Notes: generated by a model from the sequence alone, not told the origin. Counted from the stretch's first letter, positions 23,791-35,246 are shown. The stretch is 64,000 nt of DNA from Escherichia coli (GCF_046105845.1 NZ_CP151004.1); one strand, 5' to 3'. Translations and numbers: made by a program.

Positions 23791-24885
23791 TTACCTGACA
23801 ATAACCGTAATGGTAGCTGATGCTTTAAAAGGTCCGGTCGACAATACTCCACCGACCAGATTTACAGGATAAGCCTGAAAGTGTGTTGTTCCTGCTCCGG
23901 TTTTATCTAGCAGAATGATGCCTGGATTAAATGGAACATCTACTTGCCCTTTAGTCACATCCATAAGGCGGATACCAACATCAGGGACATCATCACTTTC
24001 ACGGCGTCTTGCGACTAAATTATATTGATTAACATAATCTGAACCTTCAATTTTCATATACAAGCTATTGTTAATTTGGGACATATCACCGCAATCATAG
24101 GTAATATCAAAGCTTACTGGAGTGTAACCTGTTGGCATCTGATTTTGTAGGGTGAAACGTTGAGCGCTAATAAATCCAAGATTTACATTAATGGTATCAC
24201 CTTGATTTATTTTGCAACTTTGAGGTACCGTAATTCGGCCTTGAATATAGATTTTAGCAATATCCTTAATGGGACGTGGTGCAGCAGAAGTACTTGTCCA
24301 CGCAGCCTGGACTGAAGCAATATGTGTTTCAGGGATATTCAGTTCACCCAAAAATGGCGTAGTGACGTATAGTGTAATCGTTGTATTTTTACCAATAGAA
24401 AAGTCTGATCCCCGAACATTGGCTGGGTCGGCCATGCACACACTATTGTTTTTGTTAGCATGGTAAGTACCAGTACCGTCTCTAAGCGGTGTATATGAAT
24501 TGCTTGGAACCATAACAGATGGATTACCAGGAATGTCGTTTATTTGGGTTTTAATATCCAGATTAGAATTCAGTCGATAGAAATCTCGTTCTTTACCTTG
24601 AGTTATTAATGCAGATGTTACTGTATAATACAGGTTAACTTTACTACCTGCCGGACAAGAGCAGTTTAAGGTGTAATTGCTCCCAATAGCTGAATTCTTT
24701 ACCACATAATCTTTGCCGGCAACATTATTATCTTGTGTCCAGTCCTCAGAAGCATCTGTCCGAAATTCACCTGTTCCTTCACAATCACCTGTTGCTGCCT
24801 TTACCGATGGGCTAAGTAACAGGGGGGAGACCACGGCAGCAATAGACAATAGTTGTTTAATCATTTTGAAACTCCCTAAAGACAC
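23791..24885 (-). CDS. yraK: Fimbrial adhesin-like protein YraK (chaperone-usher fimbriae)
   Basis: 364-aa ORF with signal peptide; last gene of the yraHIJK operon. Confidence 0.9.
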   Translation of the reverse strand: MSLGSFKMIKQLLSIAAVVSPLLLSPSVKAATGDCEGTGEFRTDASEDWTQDNNVAGKDYVVKNSAIGSNYTLNCSCPAGSKVNLYYTVTSALITQGKERDFYRLNSNLDIKTQINDIPGNPSVMVPSNSYTPLRDGTGTYHANKNNSVCMADPANVRGSDFSIGKNTTITLYVTTPFLGELNIPETHIASVQAAWTSTSAAPRPIKDIAKIYIQGRITVPQSCKINQGDTINVNLGFISAQRFTLQNQMPTGYTPVSFDITYDCGDMSQINNSLYMKIEGSDYVNQYNLVARRRESDDVPDVGIRLMDVTKGQVDVPFNPGIILLDKTGAGTTHFQAYPVNLVGGVLSTGPFKASATITVIVR

Positions 24886-27398
24886 TTTGCCGAATCACGA
24901 ATAATGGGGGTAGTGATGTTCGCGCTATCGTTCAGACTAAACGTAAACTGGCATTGTTGGTTTATTCCACTTCCCCAGCGAACCTTCCAGGTTTGTGGTT
25001 TTTTATTAATGCCGGAGAGATAAATAACTCCAGCTTCATCGACAATACTTTGTTGGAATTGGCCTTCATTACTGGCAACAGCACCAAAAGGAATGGGCTT
25101 ACCTTGGACGTCAGTTAGTGCTAATAGCACTCTGTGACCGGTTTGGGCATTAAAATTTGCAACGACAGCGGCGCCCTGTCCTGGCACGACAATCTTTGCA
25201 GTCTCCTGGACATCTACATTATCCGGCATTGTAGTAGTGTCTAAGGCAATACGATTTTCCTGATAAGCCGTTAAATAAGGGATGACGGCGTAACCAAAGT
25301 AATCGGTGGCAATACCAGGGTAATTTTTAACCCGAATATTAGATGCACCCTGGGTATCAATTACGGCAAATGTATTACCCAGCGGTTGTGAGAGAGTCAC
25401 CCCATGGGGGTGTGCGACAATTCCACCTGAAAGACCATAGCTGAACTGGCGACTGTTTGACGTGTAATCATAGTTGGCGTTAACAGTGCCATAAGCAGAG
25501 CGGTAACTACCAGAAAGCGTACTGCCGTTATTATTATTTTCCTGGTCCATTCGTTGTTTAAAGCTGTAACTTAATCGGTTGTCATCAAGGAAAGAACCGG
25601 TAATGCCAGTCTCATATTGAGTTGAACGGTATTTTTCATCAGTGACACGAAACGTAGCTTGTGCATTAGGTAACCAACGATCCAGAGGCAGACTAATACT
25701 AAAAAAGATTGCCCTATCACTATCGCGATCGGAATAATCTGTGAATTGTCCACTCACGCTGTAGCTGATGCCGGCAAGATAGCCGTTCAGTCCGGCAGAA
25801 TAATTGCGATCATTTTGTTCTGCTCCCCAGTATTCTCGTTGTGCACCTGAAATATAAAAACTGAGATTATCAGTCAGCGTTTGGTTAACGTTGAAAATCG
25901 CTTCGCTGCGTTGGCGATTGTTTACATTAATATCACGTTGGTTTGCGTCGGCAAAGGTAAAAAAAACTGAGTTGGAATAGCGCGAGTAACTAAGAGAAAG
26001 GCTTGTTCCTGTTTCGGGTATATCTTTAATATATTGAAAACGTAAACCTTCCCCGGTAAATTTTTCTTTATTTTCTAACTTCGTTTTGGCATAAGTTAAA
26101 TCAACGGAAAGTGCGCCCAAAATACTCAATGTGCTACCGATGCCTAATGCTGCTGCTTGATAATCCTTGGATCCAGTTACCCCACCATAAAGAGTGAAAA
26201 TATTAGTAAGGCCGTAAAATGCTGTGCCTTCGATGAACTCTGGTTCTTTACTATTAGATGACGGGTCTGCACGAAATCGCCCTGCTGTCATGCTATATAA
26301 AAGATGGCCTGGCCGTTGCATAACAGGAAGTGCTGAAAACGGCTGAGTAAATTGGCGAACGGTACCATCGGCTTCTTCAATTGTAACGTCTAAATCACCG
26401 CTAAATGAGGATGGATAGAGATCGTTGATTTCGAATGCTCCCGCCGGGACATTGCTTTGATAAATTGTATAGCCATTCTGGCGGATGGTGACTATTGCGC
26501 TGGTATTGGCAATCCCACGGATAATCGGTGCAAAACCTCGTAAGCTATTCGGTAACATGTTCTCGTCAGAATAAATTCTGGCACCCGTAAACTGAACGCT
26601 GGAAAAAATTGTGCCATCAGTGGCGCTTTCACCAAGCACTAATTGCGACTTTAAACTCTTAATATCACGCTGCAACCAACTATTAATACTATCCCAGCGA
26701 GTCTCATTACTGCTATGTGTCCACGTGGAGTAATTACGCAACCGCCATGGGCCGATATTGACTCCATTTTGCATATTGAGATAAAACCTTTCATTCTTTT
26801 CGCTGTTACTATAATAACTGTTCGAGCCACTAAAACTGTAATTGGTAAACAATACTGGAATACCATGATCCCACCTGGCGGGATCAACATAACCAGAAGG
26901 GTCACGCCGCAGGGCAATTTGTGGAATGTCCAGGATGAGAGTGCTATGGTTGAGGTCTATCTTTGTTTTGCTTCCAGGTACGGTTTTGGATAAATCTGTT
27001 ATCAGGGCGTTGTCATCAAGAGTATTTAGTGAATTTATTTCGTCAACTTTAAAACCCAATTCGCGTAAAAGACCAACGGTAAGCTGTGGGCGAATTTCTC
27101 CATTATCATCTATAGCAAAAGTGATTTTTCTCTGAGTCACCTTTTTTTTATTGATAACGATCTCAACATCATAATCACCGGGACTATGAGTATTTTTACC
27201 GGAGAAAGCAGATAAATCGCTTGCCTTTTGACCACTCTTTGTTGTTTCCAGCAATGAGGGATCAAAATAGTAATTGTCAGCAATGGCATGAAGAGGGGAC
27301 AGAACTCCACCAGTAATAAGAACAGGTAATACTGTTTTTAACCAGCAGGAAAGTGGTTTCATAACAGGTAAAGAGATGCATTTTATTTTGGTTTTCAT
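24876..27398 (-). CDS. yraJ: Fimbrial outer-membrane usher YraJ
   Basis: 840-aa usher-family protein. Confidence 0.93.
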   Translation of the reverse strand: MKTKIKCISLPVMKPLSCWLKTVLPVLITGGVLSPLHAIADNYYFDPSLLETTKSGQKASDLSAFSGKNTHSPGDYDVEIVINKKKVTQRKITFAIDDNGEIRPQLTVGLLRELGFKVDEINSLNTLDDNALITDLSKTVPGSKTKIDLNHSTLILDIPQIALRRDPSGYVDPARWDHGIPVLFTNYSFSGSNSYYSNSEKNERFYLNMQNGVNIGPWRLRNYSTWTHSSNETRWDSINSWLQRDIKSLKSQLVLGESATDGTIFSSVQFTGARIYSDENMLPNSLRGFAPIIRGIANTSAIVTIRQNGYTIYQSNVPAGAFEINDLYPSSFSGDLDVTIEEADGTVRQFTQPFSALPVMQRPGHLLYSMTAGRFRADPSSNSKEPEFIEGTAFYGLTNIFTLYGGVTGSKDYQAAALGIGSTLSILGALSVDLTYAKTKLENKEKFTGEGLRFQYIKDIPETGTSLSLSYSRYSNSVFFTFADANQRDINVNNRQRSEAIFNVNQTLTDNLSFYISGAQREYWGAEQNDRNYSAGLNGYLAGISYSVSGQFTDYSDRDSDRAIFFSISLPLDRWLPNAQATFRVTDEKYRSTQYETGITGSFLDDNRLSYSFKQRMDQENNNNGSTLSGSYRSAYGTVNANYDYTSNSRQFSYGLSGGIVAHPHGVTLSQPLGNTFAVIDTQGASNIRVKNYPGIATDYFGYAVIPYLTAYQENRIALDTTTMPDNVDVQETAKIVVPGQGAAVVANFNAQTGHRVLLALTDVQGKPIPFGAVASNEGQFQQSIVDEAGVIYLSGINKKPQTWKVRWGSGINQQCQFTFSLNDSANITTPIIRDSAKCL

Positions 27399-27450
27399 TA
27401 TTCCCTTATTTCCTTATTCCCTGTCATATGTATAAGTTTTGTATAAATAA

Positions 27451-28143
27451 TTATGGCAAAGTAGATGTATATGTATCCGTATTACCGCCATAGTCATTAA
27501 TGGCTGCCCATTTCACGATGTTTTCTGAAACTAATGGCAATGGTAATTGCTTATGTTCACCCGGTGCAATAAATTCTATTTTATCGGTAAAGTCGGTTTT
27601 TCCTACAGCCAGTCCTGAAAAAACAACGTAATATGCCGAAGGATTATATATCTCCAGTTGGTTGTTCTTCCTTGAGAATTTTAGGCCTTTATAGGCATCT
27701 GAAGGTCTACCGTCCATTTCTGATGGTCTGTAAAAGAGTTTAATGCGTGTTTTAAATACTAAAGTAAGTAGGTTCTTATCTTGCGTTTCTTTTTTATCGA
27801 CAGCAGGAATTGCACGGACGTTAATATAAAAAAGTGATTCTTTATCTCTCGGTAGATTGCCATCGGTTTTAATGATACGCAATGAAGAGTTGTCTCCGGC
27901 ATCAAGACGAAATAGCGGAGGGGTAATAATAAAAGGGCCGCGAGAAGAGTCATAGATATTTTCAACCCACGATTGTAATAAATATGGTGGTTTATCACTT
28001 CGATTAGTGACCGGCAATGCAGCTTCTTTTTTACTACCATCATAAACTACACGCGTTCTTTCCAGAAGGATTCCACCAGCCAGACTCTGGTTCACCCAGC
28101 CAGCTAATAGAAAAAGTATTGCAAACGATTTTTTAATCTTCAT
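27451..28143 (-). CDS. yraI: Periplasmic fimbrial chaperone YraI (PapD-like)
   Basis: 230-aa ORF with signal peptide. Confidence 0.92.
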   Translation of the reverse strand: MKIKKSFAILFLLAGWVNQSLAGGILLERTRVVYDGSKKEAALPVTNRSDKPPYLLQSWVENIYDSSRGPFIITPPLFRLDAGDNSSLRIIKTDGNLPRDKESLFYINVRAIPAVDKKETQDKNLLTLVFKTRIKLFYRPSEMDGRPSDAYKGLKFSRKNNQLEIYNPSAYYVVFSGLAVGKTDFTDKIEFIAPGEHKQLPLPLVSENIVKWAAINDYGGNTDTYTSTLP

Positions 28144-28232
28144 CTTCTGTTACCGCTACGAAATAAAATTGTCTCTTTAACAGCAGACCGCTAAAGAGAC
28201 AAAATAAAGGATTATGAACTAATGACTAGTTA

Positions 28233-28805
28233 TCAACGATAATCAAGAGTTACATCCACAGTAGCATTAGCTTCACCGGGTTTGATTTTATCGGCTGTTG
28301 TGGTTGACACATAGTAAGCCGCTAAATCTAAATTCATCGTGGAACCAGTAATTGGGAAAGATATCTTTGGAACACTAAGTTTGTTAATTGCCATAGGTGT
28401 TTGAGCATCTTTTTCAATCCGAATACCAACACCTGTAGCCGCGGTATCTGGGTCCATACTTGTAACAGCAACTAACTCATTGTTATCACCGGTAGTTGCT
28501 CCGTTACGCGTTTCCAGCCATAACTGGAAAGACGCATCTTTAGTACCATCAATGTGATCCCAGGCTACCGTTGGGCAGTTTTTCAACGGAATAGTGAAAG
28601 GGATCGTAGGGGATTTATCCCCTTTAAACTTAAACTGATTAGCGGCATAGTGACCTAATTCAACATAAACTGTATCACCATTCGCAAATTCACAGACAGT
28701 GCCAAGAATTTCACCCGTGAATTCAATTTTTCCATCGGTTGCGGAGGCGCTACCGGCAAAAAGCGCCAGCAGGCCAGCGGCAACTGTCTTAGCTACTTTA
28801 CTCAT
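28233..28805 (-). CDS. yraH: Major fimbrial subunit YraH
   Basis: 190-aa fimbrial subunit with signal peptide; preceded by about 1 kb of AT-rich DNA. Confidence 0.9.
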   Translation of the reverse strand: MSKVAKTVAAGLLALFAGSASATDGKIEFTGEILGTVCEFANGDTVYVELGHYAANQFKFKGDKSPTIPFTIPLKNCPTVAWDHIDGTKDASFQLWLETRNGATTGDNNELVAVTSMDPDTAATGVGIRIEKDAQTPMAINKLSVPKISFPITGSTMNLDLAAYYVSTTTADKIKPGEANATVDVTLDYR

Positions 28806-29286
28806 AAGATAACCTTAGTCCTTGTAACTAGTACTTCGAATAAATATGAAATGTAAGATTCTTTTCAACAACAGAAACGATTATACCTACTGAAGCATGG
28901 AGTGGATAAAAAATAGTCATTTTTAAGAATATATTTATATTTCCTGAAGCTATTTAAAAACCATATATATTAGTATTGATTATGTTATGATGTGAATGTA
29001 GTAAGACTAAAAGGGTAATTATAAGTATAATTCAATGGGTTGATAGCAGTTATTGTAATGATAATCACTAATATTGACTTTTGTAGTTATGAGTTGTGAA
29101 CTGTAAGAATAAAATGTAATATGTTATGACGTTTAATAGTTGATGTTGTTAAATATAAGCTTAATTAAACTATATGATATTGAAAAAGTGGGGATGGATA
29201 ACTAAAACTATTTTGCCTGTATATACGAGCAGTGGAAGGGGTTTGCACAGGAAGCCCTTTCTTCTGTTGAACAGGCCTCCCCTACG

Positions 29287-29401
29287 ATGGTTGCAGAACG
29301 GGCGTTCTTCTGCGAGTGCTCTGACACGTTATCGATAGCCTTCACTGGCCGTGAATCAGACGATTATCAATACGAGTTAAGAGAATATTTGACAATGTCA
29401 T
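29287..29401 (-). pseudogene. Relic of a paralogous mannose-family PTS operon: 19-codon IIB-like start followed by a stop and an IID-like internal fragment
   Basis: Minus strand reads ATG ACA TTG TCA AAT ATT CTC TTA ACT CGT ATT GAT AAT CGT CTG ATT CAC GGC CAG TGA (MTLSNILLTRIDNRLIHGQ*), close to the agaB N-terminus; the next ~55 nt resemble agaD sequence near 30867-30945. Confidence 0.6.
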
Positions 29402-29454
29402 GTTTTTATTTCCTATCATCCATTTCACCTTTATTTGGTTTATCAGAGGGCAAT

Positions 29455-29482
29455 AAAAAAGGCAGATAATTAATTATCTGCC
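29455..29482 (-). terminator. Perfect-palindrome hairpin with flanking A/T runs (probable terminator for minus-strand transcripts)
   Basis: aaaaaa-ggcagataatt/aattatctgcc. Confidence 0.45.
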
Positions 29483-29852
29483 TGATGTGTCATGCTTTTT
29501 TTGCATCCGTTCTCATGTTTTTACCAGAAAATATCTTTGTGTGCCGAAGTTAAAACGTAAGTAATTTCACCGTTTTGCACATAGTGGCAGCAACCTTCAA
29601 TAATGATTCTGGCATTGCAAGCAAAATGATTGACCCATTCGGTCGCTGTGTGTCCGCTTTTTTCGTTGGCGGGTTTTGTTCTGATTACTGAACAACGTAA
29701 CGTGTTTATCTATAAATTAAACAGTGAACATAATTTCATTTTTAAGTGAAATTATGTTCAAGTTGATTACAGATTACTTAACTTAAAATATAGTTAATGA
29801 AGTTAAAGTATTGGTTTTGGCGTATTAGTCGTATTTCTGATAAAGAAAGTGG

Positions 29853-30617
29853 TTATGCTTTGCTTCTCTCTATTAAACAAATAAAGTTACTGTGCAGCCA
29901 TAAAAACGAAGCCGGGATAGCGGTGGAGACTTTAGCCGTGAGAAAACGTTCTGTCGCATCCTGCTTTCCTTCGCCAGTCACCAGTAACAAAACTTCGCGG
30001 GCACTGAGAATATCCTTCAGGCCTAAGGTGATCCCACGAATCACGGGACGGCCCGCGGTTTTTAACATCTCATGTTGCTGTGTTCTGGCATCAAGTTGAC
30101 TGATATGGCAGGCCGGTTGCAGGCTTTCTCCCGGTTCGTTCAGCCCAAGATGACCGTTTTTCCCCAACCCGAGAACGCATAAATCCAGACCGCCTTTGCG
30201 CGCAATCAGGTTCGTTACCCGTTCGCACTCTGTCTCATTTATCTCTTCGGAGCGAAAGCTGATGAGCTGGTCTTCACGCAGCCCCAGCGGCTGCACGATA
30301 TGCTGTTGTAGGAAAGTTTCGCAGGTGCCAGGCATCGTTAATGGCAGATCCACCCATTCGTCGAGCTTCACGAAGGTGAGCTGGCTGACATCAACCTGCT
30401 GCTGGTGGATTTTTTCTACCAGATAATGATACGTCAGTAATGGCGTGGCTCCGGTCGCCAGGCAAATCACGGCATCCGGTTTGCTACGGATCACGGCCAA
30501 TAAATATTCGCTGGCACGTTCACTTAACGCCGTATAGTTTTCAACTTGTTGAAGGGTTTGCACAGGATGAAATTCCTTAAGTAAAGAGGCACCGCCAGAC
30601 GCGGTGCCTCGTTCCAT
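29853..30617 (-). CDS. agaI: Galactosamine-6-phosphate deaminase/isomerase AgaI
   Basis: 254-aa ORF of the NagB/AgaI family; last gene of agaS-kbaY-agaBCDI. Confidence 0.92.
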   Translation of the reverse strand: MERGTASGGASLLKEFHPVQTLQQVENYTALSERASEYLLAVIRSKPDAVICLATGATPLLTYHYLVEKIHQQQVDVSQLTFVKLDEWVDLPLTMPGTCETFLQQHIVQPLGLREDQLISFRSEEINETECERVTNLIARKGGLDLCVLGLGKNGHLGLNEPGESLQPACHISQLDARTQQHEMLKTAGRPVIRGITLGLKDILSAREVLLLVTGEGKQDATERFLTAKVSTAIPASFLWLHSNFICLIERSKA

Positions 30618-31409
30618 TTACAAAATGCCGAATGCGGAACAAACAATAGAGAGCACAAAAGTCACGCCGATTAACAGCACCGGATGCGCTTTTTTCACCC
30701 GCAGGAAGTAATACATCAGCAGGGTGTAGGCCATCGGTAAAATGTTCGGGAAGACTTTATCGAAGAAATCCTGTTGCAGCGCGACGCTGTGGGTACTGTC
30801 GATGGCAAACGATGTCACCACGTTAATATGCACATACGAAGCGATCAGCCCGCCGATTACCGTGATCCCGAGGATGGTTGCCGAACGAGCAATCATCTGC
30901 GAGTTCTCTCGCACTTTATCGATCGCCTTCACGCCGACTGAATAACCGACGTGGGTCCAGCCGACGCGCAGGAAGAAGATAAGCAGGTAAACGGCGAAAA
31001 ATAGAATCGGCCCCAGCAAGTTTCCCTGGCTGGCAAATGATGAGCAAATTCCCGCCATAATCGGCAATAAGGTAAACCAGAAAATCGCATCGCCAATCCC
31101 GGCGATTGGGCCAAACAGTGCCACTTTGAGGCCTTTAATGGTGTCGCGGTTTTCTCCTTTTTCTTCCATCGAAATTAATAACCCCATCAGGAATCCGACC
31201 AGATTCGGGTGGGTATTAATAAATTCGAGGTTATCTTTCATCGCCGCGCTTAGGCCCGGTTTGTCGTCCTTATAAATCTTTTTCAGGATCGGCAACATCG
31301 CCCAGGTAAAACCGCCCGCCTGCATCCTTTCGTAGTTAAAGCTTGCTTGTAGCAGTGACGAACGAAAGCCCAGACGGGTGATATCTTTTTTACTGATTTC
31401 AGATCCCAT
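30618..31409 (-). CDS. agaD: PTS galactosamine-specific EIID component AgaD
   Basis: 263-aa product from MGSEISKKDITRLGFRSSLL; the 317-aa ORF in the track over-extends into agaC. Confidence 0.93.
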   Translation of the reverse strand: MGSEISKKDITRLGFRSSLLQASFNYERMQAGGFTWAMLPILKKIYKDDKPGLSAAMKDNLEFINTHPNLVGFLMGLLISMEEKGENRDTIKGLKVALFGPIAGIGDAIFWFTLLPIMAGICSSFASQGNLLGPILFFAVYLLIFFLRVGWTHVGYSVGVKAIDKVRENSQMIARSATILGITVIGGLIASYVHINVVTSFAIDSTHSVALQQDFFDKVFPNILPMAYTLLMYYFLRVKKAHPVLLIGVTFVLSIVCSAFGIL

Positions 31410-32202
31410 TGCTGTAGTCCTCTTCTTCATTTTTACTGGCAACGGGCTGCGGTTGCGCTTGCTGCCGGGATTTCGCATTGAAAAACTCATACACCGCAAA
31501 GCCTGCGCCCAGTACGGCAACCGGCAACAGGTTGCTGACCTGGATGTAGCAAACAAACAGGAAGCCGGCAATCAGGTAAGGGATATATTGCGCTTTGAAC
31601 ATCACGCGCAGCAGCAAGCCAAAACCAACGGCAGGCAGAATACCGCCAGCCACTTCAAAGCCGTGGGTCAGCCAGGCGGGCATCGCTTTCACCAGCGCCT
31701 GCATCGCCCCTTGTGCCAGGTAAGTACAGAGGAAAGCAATCACCGCATACGCTGAAGCAACGATGAGCATCGTTGTCCAGTTAAGTCGGGAAAACGCTGC
31801 CGTATCCGCTTCTTTCGCGCATTTATCGGCTTTGGTCATAAATAATGAGAAAGCAGAATAGAAGAACAGAATGACATACTGCATTAACAAACTAAACGGC
31901 AGGCCAAGACCAATTGCTGTTTTGGCATCAACGCCCGTAGACCATGCAATGACGGTGGTCATCAGACCCGCCATAATCGGGTTGGGCGGCTGAACACCAC
32001 CTGCAGGGGTTAATCCGGCGAAAGCCAACTCTGTCAGACCACCGGTAATTAAGCCAGTCTGAATATCACCGAGAATAGCGCCAGTTAGGGTACAAACGAT
32101 TATCGGGCGGAATAAAAATAAGGCTTCCAGCCAAAAATCAATCCCCAGAACGAAAACTAACGCCGCCAGGGATAATCCCTGAAGTAGGGTTATTTCATGC
32201 AT
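31399..32202 (-). CDS. agaC: PTS galactosamine-specific EIIC component AgaC
   Basis: 267-aa membrane protein. Confidence 0.93.
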   Translation of the reverse strand: MHEITLLQGLSLAALVFVLGIDFWLEALFLFRPIIVCTLTGAILGDIQTGLITGGLTELAFAGLTPAGGVQPPNPIMAGLMTTVIAWSTGVDAKTAIGLGLPFSLLMQYVILFFYSAFSLFMTKADKCAKEADTAAFSRLNWTTMLIVASAYAVIAFLCTYLAQGAMQALVKAMPAWLTHGFEVAGGILPAVGFGLLLRVMFKAQYIPYLIAGFLFVCYIQVSNLLPVAVLGAGFAVYEFFNAKSRQQAQPQPVASKNEEEDYSNGI

Positions 32203-32240
32203 TTTTATTACCTCAAACCAATATTAAGGCGATTTTAGAT

Positions 32241-32717
32241 TTAGTCAGGGATTTGTTCTTTTTGATCGCCAGGGACGTCCTGAATGAAAACATTCACGCC
32301 ACGTTGTTTAATAAAACGTAAGTCCGTGAGATCCTGGTCATCGACATAAACTTTACTGCTGATTTGCTTTTTCCCTTCCGAGAAATGCATATTGCCGACG
32401 TTGACATCTTTCAGGTCAATACCACCTTCTACCAATTTACGTACCGTTTGTGGCGTACGGCAAATCAGGAAGATCTTTTGATGCGGTGCAGCTTTGCCGA
32501 TGACGTTAATGGTTTTTTCGATAGTAAAGAAACGAATGCCAAAGCCGTAGGTTTCCGCGGTAATACCCATTAATTTCTGTTGAATATCATCGTTAGCGAC
32601 AACATCATCCACGACTACCAGCAGATTTGCACCGATGGTGGATGTCCAGGTCACGCCAACCTGACCGTGAACCAGACGGTTATCAATACGGGTTAAGAGA
32701 ATATTTGGACTGCTCAT
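32241..32717 (-). CDS. agaB: PTS galactosamine-specific EIIB component AgaB
   Basis: 158-aa ORF MSSPNILLTRIDNRLVHGQVGVTW (phospho-His region). Confidence 0.94.
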   Translation of the reverse strand: MSSPNILLTRIDNRLVHGQVGVTWTSTIGANLLVVVDDVVANDDIQQKLMGITAETYGFGIRFFTIEKTINVIGKAAPHQKIFLICRTPQTVRKLVEGGIDLKDVNVGNMHFSEGKKQISSKVYVDDQDLTDLRFIKQRGVNVFIQDVPGDQKEQIPD

Positions 32718-32883
32718 TGTGTAATCCTCACCATAAAGTTGAATAATATAATTTTTTTAAATATATTATTATTGCGATATTTTACTGATGTATTTATTAA
32801 GGTTTAGTTATCTCCTTTACCATTAAGGCACTCCCCGATATTAATCGGGAAGTACATTGGGATAAATCATAAAAAAATAATGA

Positions 32884-33756
<873 letters not shown>

Positions 33757-34911
33757 TTATGCCTGCCACGGATGAATGATTACGCCTTGCACCACGCGGT
33801 TAACGGTGCCACTGGCTGATGGGGTATCCGGCGTATTGCCCATGTGCAGCGACTGCATCAGTGCAAACGTCTGGGCGTACATCAGGAAGCAAAATGCCTG
33901 CTCAACGTCGATAAAGTGACGTGACGGCGGCAGGATAATATGTGGACCGGCAGCAACGATGTCTGTGCTTTCCGCGGCGATGGCGATTACGCGCATTGCC
34001 TGGTTGTCACGACGAAGTTCAGCCAGCAGATCAAGATCATACTGACGGGTGTAAGGGTGGCTGGAGACAAATACCACCACCAGCGTTTCGTTATCGACCA
34101 GCGATTTCGGGCCATGACGGAATCCGGTCGGGGAATCATAAAAGGCCGCCAGTTTACCCGCCGTCAGTTCCAGTACTTTCAGCGCCGACTCGCGTGCTGC
34201 GCCCTGTAAGCCACCGCTGCCGAGATAAACGATCCGTTTCCACGGTGCGTAACCAAACACACCTTCGCTGAAATCGCCCAGTGAGGTCAGGATCGCCTGG
34301 CAACGATCCGCCACGTCGCGGAAGCTCTGGCTATTGATCGTCTCAGGTGCGAAAACCGCGAGGCAGCTGGCCATCATGGTGGTAATGCTGCTGGTCATCG
34401 CAAAGCCGCGATCGTGCGTTTCTGCGGGCATCAGCAGGGCAAACGCGTTATCGCTGTTGATCGCGTTTTGGTAAAGAGCGCCCGCTTCGTTGCAAGTGAT
34501 CGGCAGGTGATAGCATTCTGGTACAAATTGATTTGCCAGTTCCACGGCAGCGACGCTTTCTGGGCTGTTGCCGGATCGACCGAAGGAGATCAACAGCAGC
34601 GGATGAGCTGGATTCAGGTAGTCCATCGGATTAGTGACCAGATCGGTGGTCGGTACGGCGCTGAAGTTTTTACCGGTATGGCTGGCGAGCCACGGCGCGA
34701 TGATGTCACCGATAAATGCCGAGGTTCCGGCTCCGGTCAGGATTACCCGCAGATTCTCTTTGCGCAGTAACGGTTCAAGGAAGTTATTGAGCGCGGAACG
34801 TAGCGCGTCGATGTTGGTGAGTGAACGGATCCATGCGCGAGGCTGATGGCGGATCTCTTCTTCAGTCCATGTACCGGTTGCGGCAGCAGCAGGGGTGTAA
34901 TTTTCTGGCAT
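33757..34911 (-). CDS. agaS: SIS-domain sugar-phosphate isomerase/deaminase AgaS
   Basis: 384-aa ORF with two SIS domains. Confidence 0.94.
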   Translation of the reverse strand: MPENYTPAAAATGTWTEEEIRHQPRAWIRSLTNIDALRSALNNFLEPLLRKENLRVILTGAGTSAFIGDIIAPWLASHTGKNFSAVPTTDLVTNPMDYLNPAHPLLLISFGRSGNSPESVAAVELANQFVPECYHLPITCNEAGALYQNAINSDNAFALLMPAETHDRGFAMTSSITTMMASCLAVFAPETINSQSFRDVADRCQAILTSLGDFSEGVFGYAPWKRIVYLGSGGLQGAARESALKVLELTAGKLAAFYDSPTGFRHGPKSLVDNETLVVVFVSSHPYTRQYDLDLLAELRRDNQAMRVIAIAAESTDIVAAGPHIILPPSRHFIDVEQAFCFLMYAQTFALMQSLHMGNTPDTPSASGTVNRVVQGVIIHPWQA

Positions 34912-35130
34912 AACTCAATCCTTAGTCTGATGAACTTGACGTCGGGCGTTGTCGCTTTCGCTTACCTTTCGTTTCATTTCACTTGGTGATGTCTTTCGTT
35001 GATTAAAATCTATAGAAAAGAAACTGAAAGTTCAATGGAGAAAAAAGAAATAAAACGAAATTTGTGATCGTTGAAAGAAAAGACAAGGGAAGATTAAAGG
35101 ATTGCGTGATAACGTCGCTATGTTCACCGA
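34912..35130. promoter_or_regulatory. agaS promoter region with repeated CTTTC/GAAAG AgaR-operator-like motifs
   Basis: cgctttcgcttacctttcgtttcatttcac, tctttcgttg, aaagaaactgaaagttc, aaaacgaaatttg, gttgaaagaaaag. Confidence 0.6.
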
Positions 35131-35132
35131 TT

Positions 35133-35186
35133 GCCGGATGCGGCGTACCGTAGGTCGAAGAAGACGCGTCAGCGTCGCATCCGACA
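35133..35186. repeat. Pair of REP-like palindromes in the agaS-agaA spacer
   Basis: gccggatgcggcgtaccgtaggtcg and gacgcgtcagcgtcgcatccgaca resemble REP units. Confidence 0.6.
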
Positions 35187-35211
35187 CCCTGCACAGAGCA
35201 CAACGAAAGAA

Positions 35212-35246
35212 AAAGAAAGGCCTTACGGGGGAAGTGAAGGCCCAAT
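35212..35246 (-). terminator. Candidate intrinsic terminator downstream of agaA (end of the kbaZ-agaVWEFA operon)
   Basis: Minus strand: ggcctt-cacttcccccgt-aaggcc followed by tttcttttt. Confidence 0.4.

Noticed and set aside
28806-29800. Possible CRISPR array or mobile element in the AT-rich region upstream of yraH
   Set aside because: No regularly spaced direct repeats, no terminal inverted repeats and no transposase or integrase ORF; only the PTS relic and a single palindrome are present.
29797-30099. 100-aa plus-strand ORF overlapping the agaI 3' end
   Set aside because: Antisense to agaI and starts in AT-rich spacer; no support.
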